Program-made: the position numbers and the translations under genes | The notes under the pieces: model-generated | Database searches by the model: none | What the model saw: the letters and a program-made list of their open reading frames with translations, nothing else | What the model was told of the DNA's origin: nothing | Shown: in pieces, positions 37,731 through 46,650 of the stretch | Position numbering within the stretch: position 1 is the first letter of the stretch | Layout of the letters: every line of letters starts with the position of its first letter | Assembly: GCA_036149055.1 (NCBI GenBank) | Contig: JAYZQJ010000081.1 | Location: 12,076-76,075, forward strand | DNA length: 64,000 nt | Source of the DNA: Myxococcota bacterium | GTDB taxonomy: Bacteria; Myxococcota_A; Polyangia; Polyangiales; Sandaracinaceae | Direction of reading: 5' to 3'

Positions 37731-38591
37731 GTGAGAGGAACCCTCCGGGTCGACGCGGGCGAGGGCCCGCTCCGGGCGCAGCACGACCGGCTGATGCGCA
37801 CCGCGCTGCGGCGGGGCGACGGGGATCCCGAGGCCGCCCTCGAGGGCGCGGCGCTCGAGGGCGACTACCGGCCCGAGACGCTGGCCTACGCGCGGGGCGC
37901 CTGGCTCGAGCGCATGCGGCGCGAGCACCACTCGGCGGCGGTCTTCTCGCAGATGCTGCCGCAGCTGATGGACGCCGGGGCCACGCTCGACACCAAGACC
38001 GCGGTGCTGCGCATGGCGATGGAGGAGCTGCGCCACGCGGGGCTCTGCGGCGGCGTGGTGAGGCTGCTCGGCGCCGAGCCGAGCCTCGAGACCGAGCTGA
38101 TGCCCGCGCCGCTGCCGCTCCACGAGAAGGCCACGCCGCGGGAGCGAGCGCTCCGGAACGTGCTCTTCGTCGGGGTGAACGAGACGATCGCGGTGGCCCT
38201 CCTGACCGAGGAGCGCGAGCTGACCCGCGAGCCCGCGATCGCGGCGGTGCTCGAGCAGCTGGTGGCCGACGAGGTGGGCCACGCGAAGCTCGGCTGGACG
38301 TACCTCGCCGAGACCTGGCCGACCCTCGACGCGGCGCAGCGGGCGCGCACCGACGCCTACCTCCCCTACGCCTTCGCCTACCTCGAGGAGTCGCTGATGG
38401 GGCCGATCGCGCGGCTCCGCTACGACGACGCGCGGCGGGACGAGCTGAACGCGCTGGGCCTCCCCGCCCCTCAGGACCTGCGGGAGCTCTTCTACGCGGC
38501 GATGCAGCAGGCGGTGCTCGCGCCGCTGGACGCCCAGGGGCTGGCCGCCTCGGAGGGCTGGGCCGCGCGCGCGGCTACCCGAGCCAGGTGA
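37731..38591 (+). CDS. ferritin-like (diiron-carboxylate four-helix bundle) protein
   Basis: W..RM.REHHSAAVF, MEELRHA (ExxH), NETIA, DEVGHA.LGW (ExxH); starts 2 nt after the copy-2 stop. Confidence 0.85.
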   Translation: MRGTLRVDAGEGPLRAQHDRLMRTALRRGDGDPEAALEGAALEGDYRPETLAYARGAWLERMRREHHSAAVFSQMLPQLMDAGATLDTKTAVLRMAMEELRHAGLCGGVVRLLGAEPSLETELMPAPLPLHEKATPRERALRNVLFVGVNETIAVALLTEERELTREPAIAAVLEQLVADEVGHAKLGWTYLAETWPTLDAAQRARTDAYLPYAFAYLEESLMGPIARLRYDDARRDELNALGLPAPQDLRELFYAAMQQAVLAPLDAQGLAASEGWAARAATRAR

Positions 38592-39363
38592 GCCCGCCGC
38601 AGACGAGGATCGCGGAGCCGAAGAGCACGACCAGCCCCGCCTCGCACGCGCCCCGCCAGCGCTGCGCGGCCGCGCGGTGAGCCTCCGGGAGCCCGGCGAT
38701 CGTCACCCAGCGCTCCTCGGCGCCGTCGCGGTAGGTCTCGCCCTGGGGCGCGGCGAGCGAGAAGAGCGCGCAGCCGTCGCCCTCCGGGAGCGGCGTGGTC
38801 GGGCGCGCCGGCCCGCGCTCGCGGCCGTCGAGGAAGAAGAGGCTCCCGTCGACCCGGACCCGCACCGGGCGGGCGTGTCGCAGCTCGGCGAGCCAGCGAC
38901 CGAGGCTCGCGAGCCGCCCGAACAGGAGCGCCAGGAGCAGGAGCCCGCTGGTCGCCGCGCCGAGCCACCAGGGCGACGCCGACGGGGGCCGCCGCCAGCT
39001 CGAGAACCAGCCGAGCCGCGCCAGCTCCACCTCGCCGCCGCGGTTGCGCAGCTCCATGCGCTGCCCCTGCGGGTAGGAGGCGAGGAGCCGATAGCCCTGC
39101 CCGGCGAAGCCCGCGAAGACCTCGCAGCGCGAGGCGTCGCAGCTCTGGCGGAGGTGCGCGTGCCCCATGCGCAGCTCACGGGTCCGGCTCGACTCTCCCT
39201 GCCGGAGAGCGAGCGGGTCGAGGGTCAGCCGCTCGCCCTCCCCGAAGCTGTCGCGCTCCGCCTCCGCGCGCCGGAGATCCACCGTGCGCAGCGCGCCGGT
39301 GAACAGACAGACCGCGTAGATCGCGGCGAGCAGCCCGATCGAGATCGTGACCCAGCGAGACAT
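38575..39363 (-). CDS. hypothetical membrane protein
   Basis: Three TM segments; ETYRD motif. Confidence 0.65.
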   Translation of the reverse strand: MSRWVTISIGLLAAIYAVCLFTGALRTVDLRRAEAERDSFGEGERLTLDPLALRQGESSRTRELRMGHAHLRQSCDASRCEVFAGFAGQGYRLLASYPQGQRMELRNRGGEVELARLGWFSSWRRPPSASPWWLGAATSGLLLLALLFGRLASLGRWLAELRHARPVRVRVDGSLFFLDGRERGPARPTTPLPEGDGCALFSLAAPQGETYRDGAEERWVTIAGLPEAHRAAAQRWRGACEAGLVVLFGSAILVCGGLTWLG

Positions 39364-39407
39364 GCGGAGGCAGGACCCACGGGGCCCCGCCTCCTATTCC
39401 TGCCGCT

Positions 39408-41843
39408 TCACTCGACCGAGATCAACGCGTCCACGTCGAACACCCCGCCGCCGATGAGGCGGGCCTGGCTGCCGCGGGCGTGGGCGTCGAAGCCCATCAC
39501 GCCGGCCGCGCGGTAGTGGTCGTAGTCCTGCCCGAAGCGGTCCTCCATGCGCATCTCGAGGTCGAGGCGCACGTCCATGGACTCGGGGCGGGTCAGGGCG
39601 AGGAGCGCGTAGGCGACCGCGGCCTCGGGGCGCACGCCGTCGAGGTCGTCGGCGTCGTCCACGAGCCCGTCGAAGAGCTCGCGCACCACCTGGGAGCGGG
39701 CCTGCACGACCGAGCGCGCGGTGGCGGCGTCGTAGTCGACGCGGTCTCCGCTCAGCGGCACGTCGACCGCGACCGCCCGGCCGCCGATCGCGCCGAGGCC
39801 GTCGATGCGCGCCCGCTCGACCGCGACGAGGCGCTCGTAGGCGTCGGCCTGCGCCTCGAAGCGCGCGACCATGGCGTCGAGGGCCCGGTCGTCGCCCAGC
39901 CCCGCGCGCTGCGCGTCGACGTCGTCCGCCCGGTCGACGGTGACCGCCGCGAGCACGCCGAGGACCGCCGCGCGGAGCCGCTCGCCTTCGCCCGAGGTCA
40001 GCGCCCGGGAGAGGCTCGCGTCGTCCATCCGGTAGCCGAGCACCACGCTGCTCTCGGGGCCGACCAGCGACGCGTTCGGCTCGGCGACCGCCTGGTAGCG
40101 CACCCGGAGCTCGACCGCCGCGCGGAGGAGCGCGGTCATCTCGGGCTCGAGCCCGGCGCCCTCGATCGCGGCGAGCGCGTCGGCCTGGGGCCCGGTCACC
40201 TCGCGGTCGTCGAGCACGTCGGTGCGGCAGGCGGCGCCGGGGCCCACGCCGCCGGGGCAGACGCGCTCGACGTGCCGCTCGATGGCGTTGCCGTGCGCCT
40301 CGATCTCGGCCAGCAGCGCCGGGCCGCCGACCGCGGTGATCAGCGCGTCGAGGTGATCGAGCGTGGTGTCGCGCTCCATCCACTCGTCGCCCTCGAGCAC
40401 CTGCACGAAGAGGTTCACCTCGGACTCGACCGCGCGGCCGTCGGCGTCGAAGCGCAGGCCGGCGAGCGAGACCCGCTCGTGGCCGTGGGTCTGGAAGAAC
40501 CAGCCGCCCTCGCGGTGGAGCGAGTCGAAGAGGAGCTCCTGGGCGCCGCCGGGGGTGTCCACGCGGACGCTGCCCTCCTCGGCGATGGTGGTCTGGAAGA
40601 AGCGCATGCCGAACAGCTCGACGCCGGCGTGCGACACCGCCGAGAGGCCCGAGCGCGACACGTCGTACTCGAGGGTCACGCCGGCCTCGCCCCGCGCCGA
40701 GAGCGCCTGCGCCAGCCGCACGTCGCCGCGCGCCGCCTGGGACAGCGCCTCGGCGAGCCGCGGGTCCTCCTCGCTCAGGTCGAAGCGCAGCCGGATCACG
40801 CTCATGCGGGTGCTCCGGCCGGTCCGCTCGACCTCGGCGCTCACCATGCTCAGCCGCTCGTTCAGCTGGCGCTGGAGGGCGCGGTCGAGGAGCCGGCCGA
40901 GGTCCACGTCGCGGCCGCCGAGCGAGACGTTGGTCCGCGCGAGCCCGCTCACGCCCCAGCCGTCCTCGAGCGCGAGGCGCGCCGAGCGCACGCTGCTCCG
41001 GTCGGTGCCGACGTCGATGACCGCCTCGTCGCCCTCGAGCCGGACCACCTGCACGTCGAGCTCGCCGGCGATCTGGGCCCGAAGCGCGGCCGAGACGACG
41101 AGGCTGTAGGTGAGGCTCCCGGGGTCGGCGACCACGATCGGCACGCCCGCGCCCACGTTCACGCCGAAGGCGCCCTCGCCGCGCAGCGCGAACGCCTCGC
41201 CGGGCCGCATCGCGCGCACGTCCTCGAGGTCGCGCGGGGCCACGAAGCCGCGGGTCTCGCGCAGCGCGGCGTAGATCGCCTCGGGCGAGGTCCCCGCGTC
41301 GCGCCGGGTGGCGTGGATCGCCCGGCCCTCGACCGAGCCGCGCAGCCCGAGCGCCGCCGAGCCGTCGAAGCCGTCGCCGTCGATGGCGAAGCCGTGGTCG
41401 AGCCCGGCGTCGAGCGCGAAGCGGCTCTCCACGAAGACGTCGTCCTCGCTCGCCCGGAGGTGGCGGCGCCGCGTCTCGGTGACGGTCACCGAGAGCTCGC
41501 GCTCGCCGAAGCGGGCCAGCAGCCCGGCGCCCAGCGCGTCGAGGTCCTCGACCAGCGGCTCCTCGGCCGCCGTCTCCGCGAGCCCGAAGGCGGTCACCTC
41601 GCCGATCTCGACGCCGACGCCGTCGCCCGAGAGCGCGTCGTTCAGCCCCTCGCTGGCCAGCCCGGTGCCGCGGGCGCTCAGATCCGTCAGGTCGAGCTCG
41701 CGCAGGTCGTCGTAGAGGGCCCGGATCGAGTCGAGGCCGTCGCACTTTCCGGTGCAGGTGACCGCGCGCGACTCGGGCGCGGGCCCGGTCTCGGCGCAGG
41801 CGGAGAGGAGGAGAGCGAGGAGAAGAATGCAGCGCTGGGTCAT
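39408..41843 (-). CDS. large hypothetical lipoprotein (811 aa)
   Basis: Lipobox LSAC followed by CTGKCDG; strong coding bias. Confidence 0.82.
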   Translation of the reverse strand: MTQRCILLLALLLSACAETGPAPESRAVTCTGKCDGLDSIRALYDDLRELDLTDLSARGTGLASEGLNDALSGDGVGVEIGEVTAFGLAETAAEEPLVEDLDALGAGLLARFGERELSVTVTETRRRHLRASEDDVFVESRFALDAGLDHGFAIDGDGFDGSAALGLRGSVEGRAIHATRRDAGTSPEAIYAALRETRGFVAPRDLEDVRAMRPGEAFALRGEGAFGVNVGAGVPIVVADPGSLTYSLVVSAALRAQIAGELDVQVVRLEGDEAVIDVGTDRSSVRSARLALEDGWGVSGLARTNVSLGGRDVDLGRLLDRALQRQLNERLSMVSAEVERTGRSTRMSVIRLRFDLSEEDPRLAEALSQAARGDVRLAQALSARGEAGVTLEYDVSRSGLSAVSHAGVELFGMRFFQTTIAEEGSVRVDTPGGAQELLFDSLHREGGWFFQTHGHERVSLAGLRFDADGRAVESEVNLFVQVLEGDEWMERDTTLDHLDALITAVGGPALLAEIEAHGNAIERHVERVCPGGVGPGAACRTDVLDDREVTGPQADALAAIEGAGLEPEMTALLRAAVELRVRYQAVAEPNASLVGPESSVVLGYRMDDASLSRALTSGEGERLRAAVLGVLAAVTVDRADDVDAQRAGLGDDRALDAMVARFEAQADAYERLVAVERARIDGLGAIGGRAVAVDVPLSGDRVDYDAATARSVVQARSQVVRELFDGLVDDADDLDGVRPEAAVAYALLALTRPESMDVRLDLEMRMEDRFGQDYDHYRAAGVMGFDAHARGSQARLIGGGVFDVDALISVE

Positions 41844-41893
41844 GAAAAGGCTCCGAATCGGCCGACCCTAGCTGAAAGGTCACCCTCGGGCCA

Positions 41894-42571
41894 TCACCGC
41901 CGTCGCGCGCGTCGGGTCTTCGCCGCCGCGATCATCTTCGCGGGGTCCGTGGTCCGGCACCGGGTCGGGCCGTGGTCCACCTCGACCGGCCCGATGAGCT
42001 CCACCGCCCGCAGCGCCTCGGCCTCCAGGCGACCGCCCCGCAGCCCGATCGCGGCCACCGCGTCGAGCATCGCGTCCCGCTGCCGGTTCTTCGCGTCGTG
42101 GATCCGGCTGACGATGGACGCGAGCCAGGCGTCGAGCGCGTCGTCGCCGATCGCGCCGTCGCTCATCGCGAGGTGCGCCAGGAGGCGCCAGCCGGCCCGC
42201 CCCACCCACTCGCTCTCGCGGCGGGTCCACTTCTTCATCTTGGCCCGCGCGTGCCGGCTCCGGGCGACGGTCTTCACGAACGCGTCGGTGAGCACGTAGG
42301 AGTCGAGATCGCGCGCCCACCGGTCGAGGTCCGCCGACGAGAGCGCCCGCGCGTCCGCGATCCGGGTCGCGAGCATCCGGGCGTCGTGGTGGCCGGTGGC
42401 CCAGAGCCGGGAGGCGAGCGCCTGGTCGGTGCCGAGCTCCTTCGCCAGCGCGTCGAGGTCGCCGTGCCTCACGCCGTAGAGCGGCGCGCCGACGCCGTGC
42501 TTGCGCATCGTGGCCGCCGTCTCCTCCGAGCCCAGGCGCTCGAGCGCCTCCATCGCCTCACCGAGCTTCAT
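41894..42571 (-). CDS. DNA alkylation repair protein (AlkD-like)
   Basis: YGV..GDL..LAK, LWATGHHDARMLA, IGPVEVDHG.T.C. Confidence 0.85.
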   Translation of the reverse strand: MKLGEAMEALERLGSEETAATMRKHGVGAPLYGVRHGDLDALAKELGTDQALASRLWATGHHDARMLATRIADARALSSADLDRWARDLDSYVLTDAFVKTVARSRHARAKMKKWTRRESEWVGRAGWRLLAHLAMSDGAIGDDALDAWLASIVSRIHDAKNRQRDAMLDAVAAIGLRGGRLEAEALRAVELIGPVEVDHGPTRCRTTDPAKMIAAAKTRRARRR

Positions 42572-42693
42572 GGGATGGAGACGGTAGGCCCGATCGGCGG
42601 GACGTCAGGGCGCGACAGAAGCGCCACACGCAAGCGGATCACGGCGTGGCATCACGCCACGGGGTTCCAGACCGGCGCGGGTGCCTACGTTGC

Positions 42694-42709
42694 TGGCACC
42701 CTCGTTGCG
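42694..42709 (+). promoter_or_regulatory. putative sigma54 (-24/-12) promoter
   Basis: TGGCACC-CTCG-TTGCG with GG-N10-GC. Confidence 0.65.
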
Positions 42710-42711
42710 AT

Positions 42712-43989
42712 ATGAGCGCTCGCGTGTACTCGGAGCATCCCACCCCTCACCACCCCAACTCTCCAGTCCGATGGGCCGAGCCGATCCCGCGGGCCGGGGA
42801 CCGCTTCGGTGGGTACGAGATCCAGCGGCTGCTCGGGCAAGGGGGCATGGGCATCGTGCTCCGCGCGCACGACACCACGCTCCACCGGGACGTCGCGCTG
42901 AAGCTGGTGCATCCCTCGCTCTCGGCGTCTCCGCACGCGCGGGACGCGTTCCTCGAGGAGGCCCGCGCGATGGCCGCGATCCGGCACCCGAACGTGGTGC
43001 AGATCCACGCCTGCGGGACCGAGGGCCCGGTGTCGTACTTCGTGATGGAGCTGTTCGACGGGGGCAGCCTCGAGATGAAGATCATGCGGGACGGCCCGAT
43101 GCCGCCCGAAGAGGCGCTGCCGATCCTGCGCGGGGTCGCCCAGGGGCTCGGCGCCATTCACGCGGTCGGACGCATCCACGGGGACGTGAAGCCGTCGAAC
43201 GTGCTGCTCGGCCGCAAGCGCTCGCAGGTCGCGCTCACGGACATGGGCCTCAGCCGGGCGCTCGGTCAGGGCGAGCCCGAGGGCGAGGTGCAGGGGACGC
43301 CGGCCTATCTCTCGCCCGAGCGCGCGACCGCGCTGACCGTGCCGCCCGCGCTCCAGCCACGCCAGGACGTCTACTCCTTCGCGGTGATGGCGGTGGAGCT
43401 GCTGACCGGGCGCCTGCCCTTCGAGAGCGGGCAGCCGCAGAAGCTCCTCGAGATGCACGCCCACGAGACGCCGCCGAACCCTAGCGCGCTCGACTCCACG
43501 CTCGATCCCCGCCTCGACGCGCCGCTCCTGCGGGCCCTGGTGAAGAACCCGCGCGAGCGAACGGCGACCCCGATGCAGCTCGTCGAGGAGCTCGAGAGCG
43601 CGACTCGCGGCACGAACCGCCCGCTGCGCGTCCTGGTGGTGGACGACGACGCGGACTGGCGCGAGATGCTCGCGCTCGCGATCTCGCGCCGCTTCCCCGG
43701 CGCCACCGTCGAAGGCGCGTCGGACGGCGAGCTGGGCATCATGGCCGCCGAGCGGGAGGCGCCGGACATCGCGCTGATCGATCTGAACATGCCCGGGCTC
43801 AACGGGGTCGAGCTGACGAGCGCGCTCCGGGCCCTGGCCCCGAGGGGCAAGCTCCCGATCATCGTCATGAGCGGCGAGGGCGGGGCCCGGGACTGGCGGA
43901 TCCTCAAGTCCCTGGGCGCGGACCGCTTCTTCGTGAAGCCGGTCGAGCTCGACGAGCTGTTCGCGAGCGTCGAGCGCCTCGTCTCCTGA
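42712..43989 (+). CDS. Ser/Thr protein kinase fused to a C-terminal response-regulator receiver domain
   Basis: GQGGMGIV, VALK, HGDVKPSN, DMG, GTPAYLSPE; REC VLVVDDD...LIDLNMPG...KP; true start may be GTG 42724. Confidence 0.92.
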   Translation: MSARVYSEHPTPHHPNSPVRWAEPIPRAGDRFGGYEIQRLLGQGGMGIVLRAHDTTLHRDVALKLVHPSLSASPHARDAFLEEARAMAAIRHPNVVQIHACGTEGPVSYFVMELFDGGSLEMKIMRDGPMPPEEALPILRGVAQGLGAIHAVGRIHGDVKPSNVLLGRKRSQVALTDMGLSRALGQGEPEGEVQGTPAYLSPERATALTVPPALQPRQDVYSFAVMAVELLTGRLPFESGQPQKLLEMHAHETPPNPSALDSTLDPRLDAPLLRALVKNPRERTATPMQLVEELESATRGTNRPLRVLVVDDDADWREMLALAISRRFPGATVEGASDGELGIMAAEREAPDIALIDLNMPGLNGVELTSALRALAPRGKLPIIVMSGEGGARDWRILKSLGADRFFVKPVELDELFASVERLVS

Positions 43990-44044
43990 GTCGCAACGGA
44001 CATTTCCAGGGCGCCGCGACCCGTCTTGCGGTAGTCTCGGCCGC

Positions 44045-44887
44045 GTGACCGAGCCGACCGCCGCCCACCGCGAAGACGAGCGACACGACGACGCTCCGCT
44101 CCAGGCCGACGACCCGCTGGACGAGCTCGACTTCGACCGGGCCGAGCTCGAACACGAAGACGACCTCGAGCACGACGGCGCCGAGGAGGCCGTTCAGGCG
44201 GCGGGCGCGTTCTGCACGGCCTGCGGCGCCGAGATGTGGGACGCCTACTACGACGTCGACGGAACCGTGGCCTGCGAGGCGTGCGTGCGCGTGCTCCGCT
44301 ACGGCCCGCCGGGGTCGAGCGCCGGGGGCCGCGCGGCGCGCGCGATCGCGCTCGGGGGCATCGCCGCCATCCTGAGCGGCCTCGTCTGGTACGGGATCGC
44401 CGCCCTGACCGGGCTCGAGATCGGGCTCATCGCGATCGCGGTCGGCCTCGCCGTCGGCTTCGCGGTCCGCATCGGCAGCGGCCACATGGGCGGCTGGTTC
44501 TACCAGGGCGTCGCGATGACGCTGACCTACCTGGCCATCGTCGGCACCTACGTGCCCGACCTGATGGACATGATGCGGAACCCGCCGCCCGAGGGCGAAG
44601 AGGTCAGCGTGCTCGGAGGCCCGGCGACCGCCCACGCGCAGCCGGCCGAGAGCAGCGCGCCCGTCGCGCCGGTCGGCGACGAGGAGGCGATGGAGCCGCT
44701 GCCCACGCCGATCCTCTTCGTTCTCGCCTGCATGCTCTCGCTCTTCGCGCCCATCCTCGCCGGCTTCGAGAACATCATCGGGCTCGCCATCATCGCCTTC
44801 GCCCTCTGGGAGGCGTGGAAGGTGAACAAGCGCCCGTACAAGCAGATCTCCGGGCCGTTCGCGCTCGGCGCGCCCGCGGACGGATGA
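44045..44887 (+). CDS. membrane protein with N-terminal CxxC...CxxC zinc-finger
   Basis: CTACG...CEAC followed by 4-5 TM helices; TAGTCT 7 nt upstream. Confidence 0.78.
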   Translation: MTEPTAAHREDERHDDAPLQADDPLDELDFDRAELEHEDDLEHDGAEEAVQAAGAFCTACGAEMWDAYYDVDGTVACEACVRVLRYGPPGSSAGGRAARAIALGGIAAILSGLVWYGIAALTGLEIGLIAIAVGLAVGFAVRIGSGHMGGWFYQGVAMTLTYLAIVGTYVPDLMDMMRNPPPEGEEVSVLGGPATAHAQPAESSAPVAPVGDEEAMEPLPTPILFVLACMLSLFAPILAGFENIIGLAIIAFALWEAWKVNKRPYKQISGPFALGAPADG

Positions 44888-45894
44888 GCGCCACCGAGCG
44901 CTGCCCGGCGTGCGGCACGCAGTGGGGCCCGCGGGTGCTGGCCTGTCCGGGCTGCGCGAAGCTCGTGCACGCGGAGGCGCTCGCGCGGCTGGCCAGCGAG
45001 GCGAAGGCGGCGCGGGCGGCGGACGACCGCGCGGCGGAGCGGAAGGCCTGGGAGCGCGCGCTCACCCTCTTGCCCGCCGACGCCAGGCAGGCCGGGACCC
45101 TGCGCGAGCGGCTGACCGAGCTCGCCCCTTCGCCGGAGGAGGAGCCGGCCTCGAAGCCCTCGAAGGCGCCGCGCTGGCTGGCGAGCCTCGGCGCGTTCGG
45201 GCTGCTCCTCTGGAAGGCCAAGGCGATCCTCGCCTTCCTCGCGACCAAGGGGAAGCTGCTGCTCGCCGGGTTCGCGAGCTGGAAGACCGCGCTCTCGGTG
45301 GGCGTGTCCTTCGGCGTCTACTGGGCGGCGTGGGGCTGGGCGTTCGCGCTCGGGCTGGTCGGCTCGATCTACGTGCACGAGCTCGGCCACGTCGTCGCGC
45401 TCCGGCGCTACGGCATCCCCGCGTCGGCGCCCATGTTCATCCCGGGCATCGGCGCCTTCGTGCGCCTCGATCGCCGGCCGGCCACGCCCATCGAGGACGC
45501 GCGGGTCGGGCTCGCGGGCCCCTGGGCCGGCCTCGGCGCGACGCTGATCGTCTTCGCCGTGCACCTCGCCACCGGCTCGCCGCTCTTCGCCGCGCTGACC
45601 CAGGTGGGCGCCTTCCTGAACCTCTTCAACCTGATCCCGGTGTGGCAGCTCGACGGCTCGCGCGGCTTCGCGAGCCTCACCCGAACGGAGCGAGGCCTCG
45701 CGGCGGCGGTGATCGGCGCGTCGATGGTCGTGACCGCGCAGTGGCTGCTCGGGGTGCCGTTGATCGCGGCGATCCTCCGGGCCGTCGCCGGGCAGGCGCC
45801 GGAGGAGGGCGATCGCTTCGGGCTCGTGCAGTACGCGGTGCTCTTCGCGGCGCTGAGCGCGCTGGCGACGGTCAGCCCCCCAGGTGGGCTTTGA
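44884..45894 (+). CDS. site-2 protease (M50) with N-terminal zinc ribbon
   Basis: CPACG...CPGC; HELGH; AGP; NLFNLIPVWQLDG; ATGA overlap. Confidence 0.9.
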   Translation: MSATERCPACGTQWGPRVLACPGCAKLVHAEALARLASEAKAARAADDRAAERKAWERALTLLPADARQAGTLRERLTELAPSPEEEPASKPSKAPRWLASLGAFGLLLWKAKAILAFLATKGKLLLAGFASWKTALSVGVSFGVYWAAWGWAFALGLVGSIYVHELGHVVALRRYGIPASAPMFIPGIGAFVRLDRRPATPIEDARVGLAGPWAGLGATLIVFAVHLATGSPLFAALTQVGAFLNLFNLIPVWQLDGSRGFASLTRTERGLAAAVIGASMVVTAQWLLGVPLIAAILRAVAGQAPEEGDRFGLVQYAVLFAALSALATVSPPGGL

Positions 45895-46570
45895 GGAAGG
45901 CCACGCTGCGCTCCCAGGCGATCTTCGCGTTGGCCTCGTCGTAGCTGCCGAAGGGGTTCTCGTCGTTGAAGAACGCGTGGTGCGTGCCGCCGTAGACGTT
46001 GATCTTGGCGCTGCCGCCCGCTTCGCGGATCTGCTTGCCCATCTCGAGGGCCTTCTCCGGCGCCGCGAAGTCGTCGGTCTCGGCGTAGTGTCCGAGCACC
46101 GGCGCGGTGATCTTCGAGAAGTCGGGCTGGCTCTGGAGCACGCCGTAGAACGGGACGGCGGCGCCGATGCGGTCGCCCTGCTGGGCCGCGAGCTGGATGA
46201 CGAAGCCCCCGCCCATGCAGAAGCCCACCACGCCCACCTTGGAGGACGTCACCGCGTCGTGCTTCAGGAGGAAGTCGACCGCGCCGCCGAGATCGCGCGC
46301 GGCGTCCTCCTCGGGCAGCGCCTGCATCATCTTGCCCGCCTCGTCGGCGTCGTGCGCGACCTTGCCGCCGTAGAGATCGGGCGCGAGCGCGACGAAGCCC
46401 TGCGCGGCGAAGCGGTTGGAGACGTCGACGATGTGATCGGTCAGTCCCCACCACTCCTGGATGACGATGAGTCCGGGGCCCTTCCCGCCCTCCGGCGCCT
46501 TCAGATAGCCGTGGGCCTCGTGGCCGTTGGACGGGAACGTGATGTTCTGGTGCGGGTTGTCGTGTGCCAT
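45872..46570 (-). CDS. dienelactone hydrolase family protein
   Basis: IQEWWGL, GFCMGG, HAFFND; GGGGAG RBS. Confidence 0.95.
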   Translation of the reverse strand: MAHDNPHQNITFPSNGHEAHGYLKAPEGGKGPGLIVIQEWWGLTDHIVDVSNRFAAQGFVALAPDLYGGKVAHDADEAGKMMQALPEEDAARDLGGAVDFLLKHDAVTSSKVGVVGFCMGGGFVIQLAAQQGDRIGAAVPFYGVLQSQPDFSKITAPVLGHYAETDDFAAPEKALEMGKQIREAGGSAKINVYGGTHHAFFNDENPFGSYDEANAKIAWERSVAFLKAHLGG

Positions 46571-46650
46571 GTCGTCTCCCCTCTACGAGTGGACGGGGAG
46601 GCTAGCAGAGAGTCCCGCGGGCCGGGGCTCACCACCCCCGAACGCGGAAG

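Noticed and set aside
37355..37733. Possible selenocysteine or read-through at the TGA stops of the Cys-rich peptides
   Set aside because: The downstream genes are out of frame (gaps of 11 and 2 nt), copy 2 has its own RBS, and both peptides end at the same residue.
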